From IMG/VR virus record IMGVR_UViG_2547132279_000012, positions 1 to 41,632 of that record: a stretch of DNA of 41,632 bases; one strand, 5' to 3'. Numbering within the stretch: the stretch's first letter is position 1; every line of letters starts with the position of its first letter. The notes under the pieces are model-generated. The model was not told where the DNA came from. It worked only from the letters and a program-made list of their open reading frames with translations, and did no database searches. Both the position numbers and the translations under genes were made by a program. Shown piece after piece: positions 16,481 to 25,600 of this stretch. Source of the DNA: a virus (Duplodnaviria; Heunggongvirae; Uroviricota; Caudoviricetes).

Positions 16481-17341
16481 ATGCAAAACGTACAGCCGCT
16501 ATCTCTGGTAACTACTTTAGTAATTTTGAGGTCTAATGGAGAGTCAAAGTCGTTAGGTACTGGGTTCTTTTATCAACATAGCAATGGTTTCATTTTCCTT
16601 GCAACTAACTATCATGTAATAACTGGAATCAGCCCATCCGAAAGGGGTGTAAAGCCATTTATAGGCGATAGTATTGATATTCAGCTGAGAGATAAAACCG
16701 GAAAACTATTCAAACATACGATGCCTCTGTTTAAAGATGGTTCACCGCTGTGGTTGGAGCACCCCACAGATAAAGAGGCAGACATTATCTTGATGCCTTT
16801 GCCTCAAGAGTTGTTTGTAAACACAGGAGTAAAAGTAGTCTCAAAAACAACGACACTGCCTAATGTCCAGATAAACCCCTCATCTCCTGTTGTAATGATT
16901 GGATATCCTCATGGTTATCATGACACGACTCACTACCTTCCAATATGGAAAACAGGAAGCTTAGCGAGTGAGCCAGATATCGATTTCGATGGGAAGAAAT
17001 TAATAGTTGTCGATATTTCTGCTTTCCCTGGAATGTCAGGCTCTCCGGCATTCTATGTCACGCACAGTGGTTATCTTACAAAAGAAGGGAATATGATCAT
17101 GGATATGGGAATGAAAATTCATTTCCTTGGCGTTTATGCAAGTATGCAAATGCTAAACAGTGATCTTTTCTTAGAACAAGTCGTTAGTGCTGCAGAATAC
17201 AAAGTGTCGCATAGTGAATCTTTGCAACTAGGGCATGTCTGGAAAGCTGAGTTACTTGAAGAGATAGCTGCGACATCTAGTCCGATTGCAACCACACCAT
17301 CTCAATTTCAAAGTAATAGCAAATTCTTATTTAAGTACTGA
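16481..17341 (+). CDS. Trypsin-like (S1/chymotrypsin-fold) serine protease, cytoplasmic, AT-rich moron
   Basis: Catalytic triad context: His in TNYHVITG, Asp in EADIILMP, Ser in GMSGSPAF; no signal peptide; start could also be 16430 or 16472. Confidence 0.7.
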   Translation: MQNVQPLSLVTTLVILRSNGESKSLGTGFFYQHSNGFIFLATNYHVITGISPSERGVKPFIGDSIDIQLRDKTGKLFKHTMPLFKDGSPLWLEHPTDKEADIILMPLPQELFVNTGVKVVSKTTTLPNVQINPSSPVVMIGYPHGYHDTTHYLPIWKTGSLASEPDIDFDGKKLIVVDISAFPGMSGSPAFYVTHSGYLTKEGNMIMDMGMKIHFLGVYASMQMLNSDLFLEQVVSAAEYKVSHSESLQLGHVWKAELLEEIAATSSPIATTPSQFQSNSKFLFKY

Positions 17342-17416
17342 GATACGTCTACACATAAACCGCCTGTTGGAGGTTTTTATGCATATCGTGCGAGCAGTAT
17401 CAGAGAGAATATTTCA

Positions 17417-17767
17417 ATGCCACCACGAACACCAAAAGCCTGCCGTGTTCGCGGCTGCCGATCGACAACCACAGACCCGTCAGGTTATTGCAAGCAACAC
17501 AAAGGCGAAGGCTGGAAGCAATACAAGCCAGGACAATCCCGTCATCAGCGCGGTTATGGTTCGAAGTGGGACGTTATCCGCGCGCGTGTGCTGAAGCGTG
17601 ACAAAGGCCTGTGTCAGTTGTGTTTGCGTGCCGGTGTGGTGCGCGAGGCGAAAACCGTTGACCACATCATTCCTAAAGCGCATGGCGGCACTGATGCCGA
17701 CCGTAATCTGCAGAGTCTGTGCTGGCCGTGTCATAAGGCGAAGACGGCCCGTGAACGGTTGAAGTGA
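17417..17767 (+). CDS. HNH endonuclease (terminase-associated)
   Basis: Cys-rich HNH motif (CQLC...VDHIIPKAHGGTDADRNLQSLCWPCH) immediately upstream of the terminase genes. Confidence 0.85.
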   Translation: MPPRTPKACRVRGCRSTTTDPSGYCKQHKGEGWKQYKPGQSRHQRGYGSKWDVIRARVLKRDKGLCQLCLRAGVVREAKTVDHIIPKAHGGTDADRNLQSLCWPCHKAKTARERLK

Positions 17768-17794
17768 TAATAATTCTCAACTGCTTGAGGGGAG

Positions 17795-17854
17795 GGGCGG
17801 GTCAAATCCCTGCGGCCTGACGTCTTCCGGACTGCCCGCCCCATCGTTTTTTTA
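17795..17854 (+). terminator. Strong hairpin plus T-run between HNH and terS (terminator and/or cos-region structure)
   Basis: 8 bp GGGGCGGG/CCCGCCCC stem around a structured loop, followed by ATCGTTTTTTTA. Confidence 0.4.
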
Positions 17855-17883
17855 TACCCGCGAAAAATGAAATTTAACCAGGA

Positions 17884-18387
17884 GTGCCGCATATGGCTGG
17901 AACGGCGGGGCGTTCCGGGCGTCGCCCCAAGCCAACGGCGCGCAAGGCGCTGGCCGGAAACCCCGGCAAGCGAGCCCTGAACAAAGATGAACCTGTTTTT
18001 ACGCCCATCAAAGGTGTTGAGCCACCAGAGTGGTTCGCTGATGAAGATCTCCCTCTCGCCACGATCATGTGGCAACTGACAACCAAAGAACTCTGCGGTC
18101 AGGGCCTGCTGTGCGTGACTGACCTGGCGGTACTTGAGCGGTGGTGCGTGGCCTATGAGTTCTGGCGACGTGCCGTGAAAAATATTGCCATACAGGGCAA
18201 CACCATCACCGGTGCAATGGGCGGCAGGGTCAAAAATCCGGAGCTGACCGCCAAAAAAGAACAGGAGTCCGAGATGAGCAGCACGGGGGCAATGCTCGGA
18301 CTCGACCCCAGCAGCCGCCAGCGTCTGATTGGCCTGGCGGGGCAGAAGAAAGCCACTAACCCGTTTCTGAAAATTATCGAATCATGA
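17884..18387 (+). CDS. Terminase small subunit (P27-family-like)
   Basis: Basic N-terminus ([22 protein letters not shown]), position directly upstream of the large subunit. Confidence 0.8.
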   Translation: MPHMAGTAGRSGRRPKPTARKALAGNPGKRALNKDEPVFTPIKGVEPPEWFADEDLPLATIMWQLTTKELCGQGLLCVTDLAVLERWCVAYEFWRRAVKNIAIQGNTITGAMGGRVKNPELTAKKEQESEMSSTGAMLGLDPSSRQRLIGLAGQKKATNPFLKIIES

Positions 18388-20117
18388 GCCGGAAATCTTA
18401 CCCCAACGTAAATGCTGCAAATCAGTATGCCCGGGATGTCGTGCGCGGAAAGATTGTTGCCTGCCAGTTTGTGATTCAGGCCTGCCAGCGCCATCTTGAT
18501 GACCTGATGGCGGAAAAAAGTAAGTCGTTTCGTTACCGCTTCGACAAGGACCTGGCTGAACGGGCCGCGAAATTTATTCAGCTGTTGCCGCACACCAAGG
18601 GGGAGTGGGCATTCAAACGGATGCCCATCACGCTGGAGCCGTGGCAGCTATTTGTGATCTGCTGTGCGTTTGGCTGGGTCAATAAAGGCACCCGGTTGCG
18701 CCGCTTCCGGGAGGTGTACACCGAAATCCCCCGTAAGAACGGCAAATCAGCAATCTCTGCCGGTGTTGCCCTGTATTGTTTTGCCTGTGATAACGAGTTT
18801 GGCGCGGAAGTGTATTCCGGTGCCACGACAGAGAAACAGGCGTGGGAAGTCTTTCGCCCGGCGCGACTGATGTGTAAACGCACACCCATGCTGACGGAAG
18901 CGTTCGGGATTGAGGTTAACGCCTCAAACATGAACCGTCCGGAGGATGGCGCGCGGTTTGAACCGCTGATCGGCAACCCAGGTGATGGTTCATCACCCCA
19001 CTGTGCCGTGGTTGATGAATATCACGAGCATGCCACCGATGCGCTTTATACCACAATGCTTACCGGGATGGGGGCGCGACGTCAGCCACTGATGTGGGCC
19101 ATTACTACTGCCGGGTACAACATTGAGGGGCCGTGCTACGACAAACGGCGGGAAGTTATCGAGATGCTCAACGGTTCGGTACCCAACGATGAACTGTTCG
19201 GGATCATCTATACCGTTGACGAAGGTGACGACTGGACCAACCCACAGGTGCTGGAAAAAGCCAACCCGAATATCGGGGTGTCGGTTTACCGTGAGTTTTT
19301 GTTAAGTCAGCAACAGCGTGCGAAAAATAACGCCCGTCTGGCAAACGTCTTTAAAACAAAACACCTCAATATCTGGGTGTCGGCGCGTTCGGCGTATTTC
19401 AACCTGGTGAGCTGGCAGAGCTGCGAGGATAAATCACTGACTCTTGAGCAATTCGAGGGGCAGCCGTGCATTCTGGCCTTTGACCTGGCGCGTAAACTGG
19501 ATATGAACAGCATGGCGCGACTTTATACCCGCGAGATTGACGGTAAAACGCATTACTACAGTGTGGCCCCGCGTTTCTGGGTACCGTATGACACGGTGTA
19601 CAGCGTCGAGAAAAATGAAGATCGCCGGACAGCCGAACGCTTTCAGAAATGGGTGGAAATGGGCGTCCTGACCGTTACCGATGGTGCAGAGGTGGATTAT
19701 CGCTACATCCTCGAAGAGGCCAAAGCGGCGAACAAAATCAGCCCGGTCAGCGAGTCACCCATCGACCCCTTCGGGGCGACCGGGCTGTCACATGACCTTG
19801 CTGATGAAGACCTGAATCCCGTCACTATCTTCCAGAACTTCACCAATATGTCCGATCCGATGAAAGAGCTGGAAGCAGCGATTGAATCGGGACGTTTTCA
19901 TCATGACGGCAATCCCATCATGACCTGGTGTATCGGCAACGTGGTCGGCAAAAACATGCCGGGTAACGATGATGTGGTGAAACCCGTCAAAGAGCAGGCG
20001 GAAAACAAAATTGACGGTGCAGTTGCGCTGATTATGGCGGTTGGAAGAGCCATGCTGTACGAGAAAGAAGACACGCTGTCTGATCACATTGAGTCCTACG
20101 GGATCCGCTCGCTTTAA
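18384..20117 (+). CDS. Terminase large subunit
   Basis: 577 aa with ATPase Walker A-like IPRKNGKS and a C-terminal nuclease region; coupled to terS. Confidence 0.95.
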   Translation: MSRKSYPNVNAANQYARDVVRGKIVACQFVIQACQRHLDDLMAEKSKSFRYRFDKDLAERAAKFIQLLPHTKGEWAFKRMPITLEPWQLFVICCAFGWVNKGTRLRRFREVYTEIPRKNGKSAISAGVALYCFACDNEFGAEVYSGATTEKQAWEVFRPARLMCKRTPMLTEAFGIEVNASNMNRPEDGARFEPLIGNPGDGSSPHCAVVDEYHEHATDALYTTMLTGMGARRQPLMWAITTAGYNIEGPCYDKRREVIEMLNGSVPNDELFGIIYTVDEGDDWTNPQVLEKANPNIGVSVYREFLLSQQQRAKNNARLANVFKTKHLNIWVSARSAYFNLVSWQSCEDKSLTLEQFEGQPCILAFDLARKLDMNSMARLYTREIDGKTHYYSVAPRFWVPYDTVYSVEKNEDRRTAERFQKWVEMGVLTVTDGAEVDYRYILEEAKAANKISPVSESPIDPFGATGLSHDLADEDLNPVTIFQNFTNMSDPMKELEAAIESGRFHHDGNPIMTWCIGNVVGKNMPGNDDVVKPVKEQAENKIDGAVALIMAVGRAMLYEKEDTLSDHIESYGIRSL

Positions 20118-20128
20118 CTGAGGTAATT

Positions 20129-20311
20129 ATGATCATGCTGATTCTCGCGCCTCTGGTGGGCGTGCTGGGGGTGCTTTTGCTGGCGTATGGTGCCTGGCTG
20201 ATTTATCCCCCTGCGGGGTTTGTTGTTGCCGGGGCGTTGTGCCTGTTCTGGTCGTGGCTGGTGGCGCGATATCTCGACCGTACACAGATGTCTGTTGGTG
20301 GAGGTAAATAG
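20129..20311 (+). CDS. Small hydrophobic protein (60 aa)
   Basis: Two hydrophobic stretches; tight spacing between terL and the portal gene. Confidence 0.35.
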   Translation: MIMLILAPLVGVLGVLLLAYGAWLIYPPAGFVVAGALCLFWSWLVARYLDRTQMSVGGGK

Positions 20312-21552
20312 TGTTCTTTTCGGGATTATTTCAACGAAAAAGTGACGCACCGGTGACCACGCCAGCAGAGCTGGCGGATGCTATCGGGCTGTCATACGAC
20401 ACCTATACCGGAAAGCAGATCAGCAGCCAGAGGGCCATGCGACTGACGGCGGTTTTTTCCTGCGTCAGGGTGCTGGCGGAGTCGGTCGGGATGTTGCCCT
20501 GCAACCTGTATCACCTGAACGGCAGCCTGAAGCAGAGAGCCACTGGCGAACGTCTGCATAAGCTGATCTCCACGCATCCCAATGGCTATATGACGCCGCA
20601 GGAGTTCTGGGAGCTGGTGGTCACCTGTCTGTGCCTGCGGGGAAACTTTTACGCCTACAAAGTGAAAGCATTTGGCGAAGTGGCTGAACTGCTGCCCGTC
20701 GATCCCGGCTGTGTGGTACCGAAGCTTAACAGTAGCTGGGAGCCGATCTATCAGGTCACATTCCCGGATGGCTCCACGGATGTACTGAGCCAGGAGGATA
20801 TCTGGCATGTGCGTACGCTGACGCTGGACGGACTGGTGGGGCTGAATCCCATCGCCTATGCCCGCGAGGCAATATCGCTGGCAGCTGCGACCGAAGAGCA
20901 CGGGGCCAGACTGTTCAGCAATGGCGCGGTGACGTCGGGTGTGTTGCGTACAGAGCAGACGCTGTCAGATCAGGCTTATGAGCGCCTGAAGAAAGATTTT
21001 GAGGAGCGTCACACCGGGCTTGGCAATGCTCACCGCCCGATGATCCTTGAGATGGGGCTGGACTGGAAGTCGATGGCGCTGAACGCCGAGGACAGCCAGT
21101 TCCTGGAAACCCGCAAGTTTCAGCTTGAAGAAATCTGTCGTCTGTTCCGTGTGCCATTGCACATGGTGCAGAACACCGATCGTGCCACCTTCAACAATAT
21201 CGAAGAACTGGGGCTGGGATTTATCAACTATTCACTGGTGCCGTATCTGACCCGCATTGAGCAGCGGATCAACACCGGACTGGTACGAAAAAGTAAGCAG
21301 GGCGTTTATTACGCCAAATTTAACGCCGGGGCGTTACTGCGCGGGGATATGAAGTCCCGTTTTGAAGCCTACGCCACCGGGATTAACTGGGGAATTTACT
21401 CTCCCAATGACTGCCGCGACCTGGAAGATATGAATCCGCGTCCCGGTGGGGATGTCTATCTCACACCGATGAACATGACCACGAAACCCTCCGATGGCAG
21501 TAAAGCCGGTAAGCAGAAGGATAACGCCAATGCAGACGAAACAACGTCTTGA
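20311..21552 (+). CDS. Portal protein (HK97-family)
   Basis: 413 aa, position after the terminase, composition typical of HK97-type portals. Confidence 0.9.
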   Translation: MFFSGLFQRKSDAPVTTPAELADAIGLSYDTYTGKQISSQRAMRLTAVFSCVRVLAESVGMLPCNLYHLNGSLKQRATGERLHKLISTHPNGYMTPQEFWELVVTCLCLRGNFYAYKVKAFGEVAELLPVDPGCVVPKLNSSWEPIYQVTFPDGSTDVLSQEDIWHVRTLTLDGLVGLNPIAYAREAISLAAATEEHGARLFSNGAVTSGVLRTEQTLSDQAYERLKKDFEERHTGLGNAHRPMILEMGLDWKSMALNAEDSQFLETRKFQLEEICRLFRVPLHMVQNTDRATFNNIEELGLGFINYSLVPYLTRIEQRINTGLVRKSKQGVYYAKFNAGALLRGDMKSRFEAYATGINWGIYSPNDCRDLEDMNPRPGGDVYLTPMNMTTKPSDGSKAGKQKDNANADETTS

Positions 21553-22180
21553 TGTACCGCTGAGTCTGAAATCTGTCAGTGACTCCGGTGAGTTTGAAGG
21601 GTATGGCTCCGTCTTTGGTGTAAAGGACAGCCACGATGATGTGGTGATGTCCGGGGCATTTGCTGCTTCCCTGCGGGCGTGGAGTGACAGAAAAGCGTTA
21701 CCTGCGCTGCTCTGGCAGCACCGCATGGATGAACCCATCGGTGTTTACACTGAAATGAAGGAAGACGATGTCGGACTTTACGTCAGGGGACGGTTGCTTA
21801 TTGATGATGATCCCCTCGCAAAACGCGCACATGCACACATGAAGGCCGGTTCGTTAACCGGCCTTTCTATTGGGTACGTCCTGAAAGACTGGGAATACGA
21901 CCGGAGCAAAGAAGCCTTTCTGTTGAAAGAAATCGACCTCTGGGAAGTCAGTCTGGTGACGTTTCCGTCTAACGACGAGGCGCGGATCAGCGACGTCAAG
22001 AACGCGCTGGCCCGCGGGGAAATCCCCGAACAGAAAAAAATCGAAAGAGTCCTGCGTGATGTCGGACTCTCCCGTACCCAGGCCAAAGCATTCATGGCCG
22101 GGGGCTATGGCGCACTGTCCCTGCGCGACGCTGAGGATGTGGGCTCTGCACTGAATGCACTGAAAAATCTGAACTTCTAA
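21530..22180 (+). CDS. Prohead protease (HK97-family, S78)
   Basis: GYGSVFGVKDSHDDVV motif; start MQTKQRL overlaps the portal 3' end. Confidence 0.85.
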   Translation: MQTKQRLDVPLSLKSVSDSGEFEGYGSVFGVKDSHDDVVMSGAFAASLRAWSDRKALPALLWQHRMDEPIGVYTEMKEDDVGLYVRGRLLIDDDPLAKRAHAHMKAGSLTGLSIGYVLKDWEYDRSKEAFLLKEIDLWEVSLVTFPSNDEARISDVKNALARGEIPEQKKIERVLRDVGLSRTQAKAFMAGGYGALSLRDAEDVGSALNALKNLNF

Positions 22181-22194
22181 TCAGGAGAAATACG

Positions 22195-23400
22195 ATGGCG
22201 ATTGATATTAAAGATGTGGAACAGGTCGCGCAGGAGCTGCAGCAGAAGTTTGACGACTTCAAGGCAAAGAACGACAAGCGCGTGGATGCGATTGAGCAGG
22301 AAAAAGGCAAACTTGCCGGGCAGGTGGAAACCCTGAACGGGAAACTCAGCGAGCTGGAAAATCTCAAAAGCGACCTTGAAAAAGAGCTGCTTGAGCTGAA
22401 ACGTCCGGCTGGTGGAGCGCAAAATAAACTGGCCACCGAGCATAAAGAGGCGTTTGTGGGCTTCCTGCGTAAAGGCCGTGAAGACGGTCTGCGCGATCTG
22501 GAGCGTAAGGCATTGCAGGTGGGTACCGATGAAGACGGTGGCTACGCCGTGCCGGAAGAACTGGATCGCAACATTCTTAACCTGCTGAAAGATGAAGTGG
22601 TGATGCGTCAGGAAGCCACGGTGATCACCGTTGGCGGTTCCGACTACAAAAAACTGGTGAATCTGGGCGGTACGGCTTCCGGATGGGTGGGGGAAACGGA
22701 TACGCGATCCCAGACTGCCACCTCCAGACTGGAGCTGATTGAACCTCTCATGGGGGAAATTTACGGCAACCCGCAGGCTACCCAGAAAATGCTGGACGAT
22801 GCCTTCTTCAACGTGGAGGCCTGGATCAACAGCGAGCTGGCAACCGAATTTTCCGATCAGGAAGAAATTGCCTTTACCTCAGGCGATGGCACCAAGAAGC
22901 CGAAAGGGTTCCTGGCGTATGAATCCACTGATGAAACCGACAAGGTCCGGGCGTTCGGCAAACTTCAGCATATTGTATCCGGCGAAGCGACCGCGGTGAC
23001 CGCAGACGCCATTATCAAACTGATTTACACGCTGCGTAAGGCACACCGCACTGGCGCGAAGTTCATGATGAACAACAACAGCCTGTTTGCCATCCGTCTG
23101 CTGAAAGACACCGAGGGTAACTATCTGTGGCGTCCGGGGCTGGAACTGGGGCAGCCGTCCTCTCTGGCGGGTTACGGTATCGCTGAAAACGAACAGATGC
23201 CGGATATCGCCGCTGATGCGAAAGCCATTGCATTTGGTAACTTCAAACGGGGTTACACCATCGTTGACCGTATCGGCACCCGCATTCTGCGTGACCCGTA
23301 CACCAATAAACCGTTTGTCGGTTTTTATACCACCAAGCGCACCGGCGGGATGCTGGTCGATTCGCAGGCCATCAAACTGCTGAAGATTGCAGCGGCGTAA
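22195..23400 (+). CDS. Major capsid protein (HK97 fold) with N-terminal coiled-coil delta domain
   Basis: 401 aa; N-terminal coiled coil (ELENLKSDLEKELLELK) followed by a capsid-like domain; follows the protease. Confidence 0.9.
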   Translation: MAIDIKDVEQVAQELQQKFDDFKAKNDKRVDAIEQEKGKLAGQVETLNGKLSELENLKSDLEKELLELKRPAGGAQNKLATEHKEAFVGFLRKGREDGLRDLERKALQVGTDEDGGYAVPEELDRNILNLLKDEVVMRQEATVITVGGSDYKKLVNLGGTASGWVGETDTRSQTATSRLELIEPLMGEIYGNPQATQKMLDDAFFNVEAWINSELATEFSDQEEIAFTSGDGTKKPKGFLAYESTDETDKVRAFGKLQHIVSGEATAVTADAIIKLIYTLRKAHRTGAKFMMNNNSLFAIRLLKDTEGNYLWRPGLELGQPSSLAGYGIAENEQMPDIAADAKAIAFGNFKRGYTIVDRIGTRILRDPYTNKPFVGFYTTKRTGGMLVDSQAIKLLKIAAA

Positions 23401-23449
23401 TCACTCAGGGGCGTGGAACCGCGCCCCCTGTTCTGACGGGTGAAGAATC

Positions 23450-23650
23450 ATGATCCTGAAACAAGATCTGAAATGGTCACCGGACGGTATGCGTGTTGAG
23501 GTCATTCGGGCCGGTGAGTATGACGACGGGACGCTTCCTGCCCGGGTGCAGGAGATTGCACTTCAGGCCGGGTTAGCAGAGCGCGGAACCAGTGCAAAAA
23601 GCAGTAAAGCGACAAAAGAGAAAAAAGCCACGACCAGTAAAGAGGGCTGA
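23450..23650 (+). CDS. Small hypothetical head-module protein (66 aa)
   Basis: ORF in a compact head operon; Lys/Thr-rich C-terminus. Confidence 0.4.
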   Translation: MILKQDLKWSPDGMRVEVIRAGEYDDGTLPARVQEIALQAGLAERGTSAKSSKATKEKKATTSKEG

Positions 23651-23652
23651 GT

Positions 23653-23976
23653 ATGCTTCTGACAATGGAAGAGATTAAAGCCCAACTCCGGCTGGATGAG
23701 GATTTCGATGCTGATGACCGCCATCTGCAACTGCTGGCCTGTGCGGCGCAAAAGCGGACGGAAACGTATCTGAACCGGAAGCTCTATGCTCCGGATGAAA
23801 CCATTCCGGACAGCGATCCGGACGGGCTGCACCTGCCGGATGATATTCGTCTGGGGATGCTGATGCTTATCAGCCATTTTTACGAAAACCGCTCGTCGGT
23901 TACGGAAGTGGAGAAACTCGACATGCCGCAGAGTTTTGGCTGGCTTGTCGGCCCGTACAGGTACTTTCCGCAATGA
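23653..23976 (+). CDS. Head-tail connector (gp6-like)
   Basis: 107 aa; position and size; translationally coupled. Confidence 0.65.
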   Translation: MLLTMEEIKAQLRLDEDFDADDRHLQLLACAAQKRTETYLNRKLYAPDETIPDSDPDGLHLPDDIRLGMLMLISHFYENRSSVTEVEKLDMPQSFGWLVGPYRYFPQ

Positions 23977-24383
23977 AAATTCGTCAGGCGCAGACCAGCG
24001 CAACCTACATTCTGCCGGACCCCGGCGAACTGAATAAACGCGTCCTGATTCGCCAGCGGGTGGATATGCCCGCGGATAACTTTGGCGTGGAGCCTCAATA
24101 CCCGGTTACGTTCCGGACATGGGCGAAGGTTATCCAGACCAGTGCCACCACCTGGCAGGAAACCGCGCAGACCGGGGACGCCATCACCCATTACATCACC
24201 ATTCGTTACCGCCGGGGGATCACCGCTGATTATGAGGTGGTCTGCGGTGACAGTGTGTACCGGGTGAAACGTCAGCGCGATCTGAACGGGGCGCGGCGCT
24301 TTCTGCTGCTGGAGTGTACGGAGCTGGGCGAATGTAGGCAGAGTCACGGAGGCAACAATGACGACTTCCTTTTTGCACGTTGA
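23973..24383 (+). CDS. Head closure / head-tail adaptor protein
   Basis: 136 aa; position after the connector; overlapping stop/start. Confidence 0.6.
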   Translation: MKIRQAQTSATYILPDPGELNKRVLIRQRVDMPADNFGVEPQYPVTFRTWAKVIQTSATTWQETAQTGDAITHYITIRYRRGITADYEVVCGDSVYRVKRQRDLNGARRFLLLECTELGECRQSHGGNNDDFLFAR

Positions 24384-24864
24384 TTTTCAGCAGCCCGCGG
24401 AGATGCGCTTTAACCGCGCCCGTGTCAGGCGGGCGTTTGTCACGATTGGTCAGCGTCATATGCGTGATGCCCGTCGGCTGGTGATGCGCCGTGCGCGGTC
24501 GGCACCGGGTGAAAACCCCGGTTATCAGACCGGACGCCTGGCTCGTTCGATTGGTTACATGGTACCCAGAGCCAGTAAACATCGCCCTGGTTTTATGGCA
24601 CGTATAGCCCCTAACCAGCGTAATGGAGAGGGAAACCGCCGTATCACCGGTGATTTTTATCCGGCTTTTCTGTTCTATGGCGTGAGGCGAGGGGCAAAGC
24701 GTCGTCGCAGCCATCATCGTGGTGCATCCGGTGGCAGCGGCTGGCGACTGGCTCCACGTAATAACTTTATGGTGGAAACTCTTGAAAAGAACCGCAGCTG
24801 GACACGCTATTTTCTGGCGCGGGAATTGCGTAAATCACTGAAGCCGGAGCGACGACACAGATGA
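24358..24864 (+). CDS. HK97 gp10-like tail-attachment protein
   Basis: 168 aa basic protein in the head-tail joining region. Confidence 0.55.
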   Translation: MTTSFLHVDFQQPAEMRFNRARVRRAFVTIGQRHMRDARRLVMRRARSAPGENPGYQTGRLARSIGYMVPRASKHRPGFMARIAPNQRNGEGNRRITGDFYPAFLFYGVRRGAKRRRSHHRGASGGSGWRLAPRNNFMVETLEKNRSWTRYFLARELRKSLKPERRHR

Positions 24865-25421
24865 AACTGACGCCTGTTATTGCTGCGCTGCGTGCCCGCT
24901 GCCCGTATTTTGAAAACCGGGTGGCAGGCGCGGCACAGTTCAAAAATCTGCCGGAGGTCGGAAAGCTGAGACTCCCGGCGGCGTATGTGGTACCGGGTGA
25001 TGACTCTCCGGGAGAAAACAAAAGCCAGACCGACTACTGGCAGGAGCTGAAAGAGGGCTTCTCCGTGGTTGTCATACTGAGTAACGGGCGTGATGAGCGC
25101 GGTCAGTTTGCCTCGTATGATGTGGTGGACGATGTCCGGCAGATGCTCTTTAAGGCCCTGCTGGGCTGGAACCCGGAAGCGTGCGGTAACCCGATTACCT
25201 ATGACGGCGGCACGCTGCTGGATCTGAATCGTCATGAGCTGATTTATCAGTTCGATTTTTCGGTCATCAGCGAGCTGACTGAAGACGATACCCGCCAGCA
25301 GGATGATCTGAACAGTCTGGATGAACTGCAAACGCTGGCGATTGATGTTGATTATCTCGAGCCCGGTAACGGGCCTGACGGCGATATCGAACATCACACC
25401 GAAATAACCCTTCCTTCCTGA
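24861..25421 (+). CDS. Tail completion / tail terminator-like protein
   Basis: 186 aa ORF upstream of the sheath gene in a Mu-like tail module. Confidence 0.5.
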   Translation: MKLTPVIAALRARCPYFENRVAGAAQFKNLPEVGKLRLPAAYVVPGDDSPGENKSQTDYWQELKEGFSVVVILSNGRDERGQFASYDVVDDVRQMLFKALLGWNPEACGNPITYDGGTLLDLNRHELIYQFDFSVISELTEDDTRQQDDLNSLDELQTLAIDVDYLEPGNGPDGDIEHHTEITLPS

Positions 25422-25429
25422 GGATCCTC

Positions 25430-25600
25430 ATGTTTGTCAAACCTGTTAAAGGGCGGTCAGTTCCTGACCCTGCCCGCGGCGACCTTTTGCCCGCCGAAGG
25501 GCGAAATGTTGACGAGAACAACTACTGGCTGCGCCGTGAAGCAGCGGGTGATATCCGGCGCGTGAATAAAAAGGTGAACACCGATGACGATAAGCTTTAA
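25430..25600 (+). CDS. Small protein (56 aa, DUF2635-like) preceding the sheath
   Basis: Short ORF, below the 60 aa cutoff of the supplied track, found by reading the DNA; overlaps the sheath start. Confidence 0.4.
   Translation: MFVKPVKGRSVPDPARGDLLPAEGRNVDENNYWLRREAAGDIRRVNKKVNTDDDKL

Noticed and set aside
18153-20087. Antisense ORFs inside the terminase genes (18153..18593, 18578..18976, 19307..19513, 19788..20087)
   Set aside because: They are embedded antisense to a well-supported gene with coding-like composition on the sense strand; typical shadow ORFs.
23401-23449. Hairpin after the major capsid gene (AGGGGCG...CGCCCCT) considered as a terminator
   Set aside because: GC stem present but no downstream T-run; at most an attenuator or mRNA-stabilising structure, so not called as a terminator.
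22092-24717. Antisense and alternative-frame ORFs across the capsid and head-tail genes (for example 22092..22436, 23563..24003, 23880..24347, 24220..24717)
   Set aside because: Low-complexity Ser/Arg/Cys-rich translations opposite well-supported structural genes; shadow ORFs.
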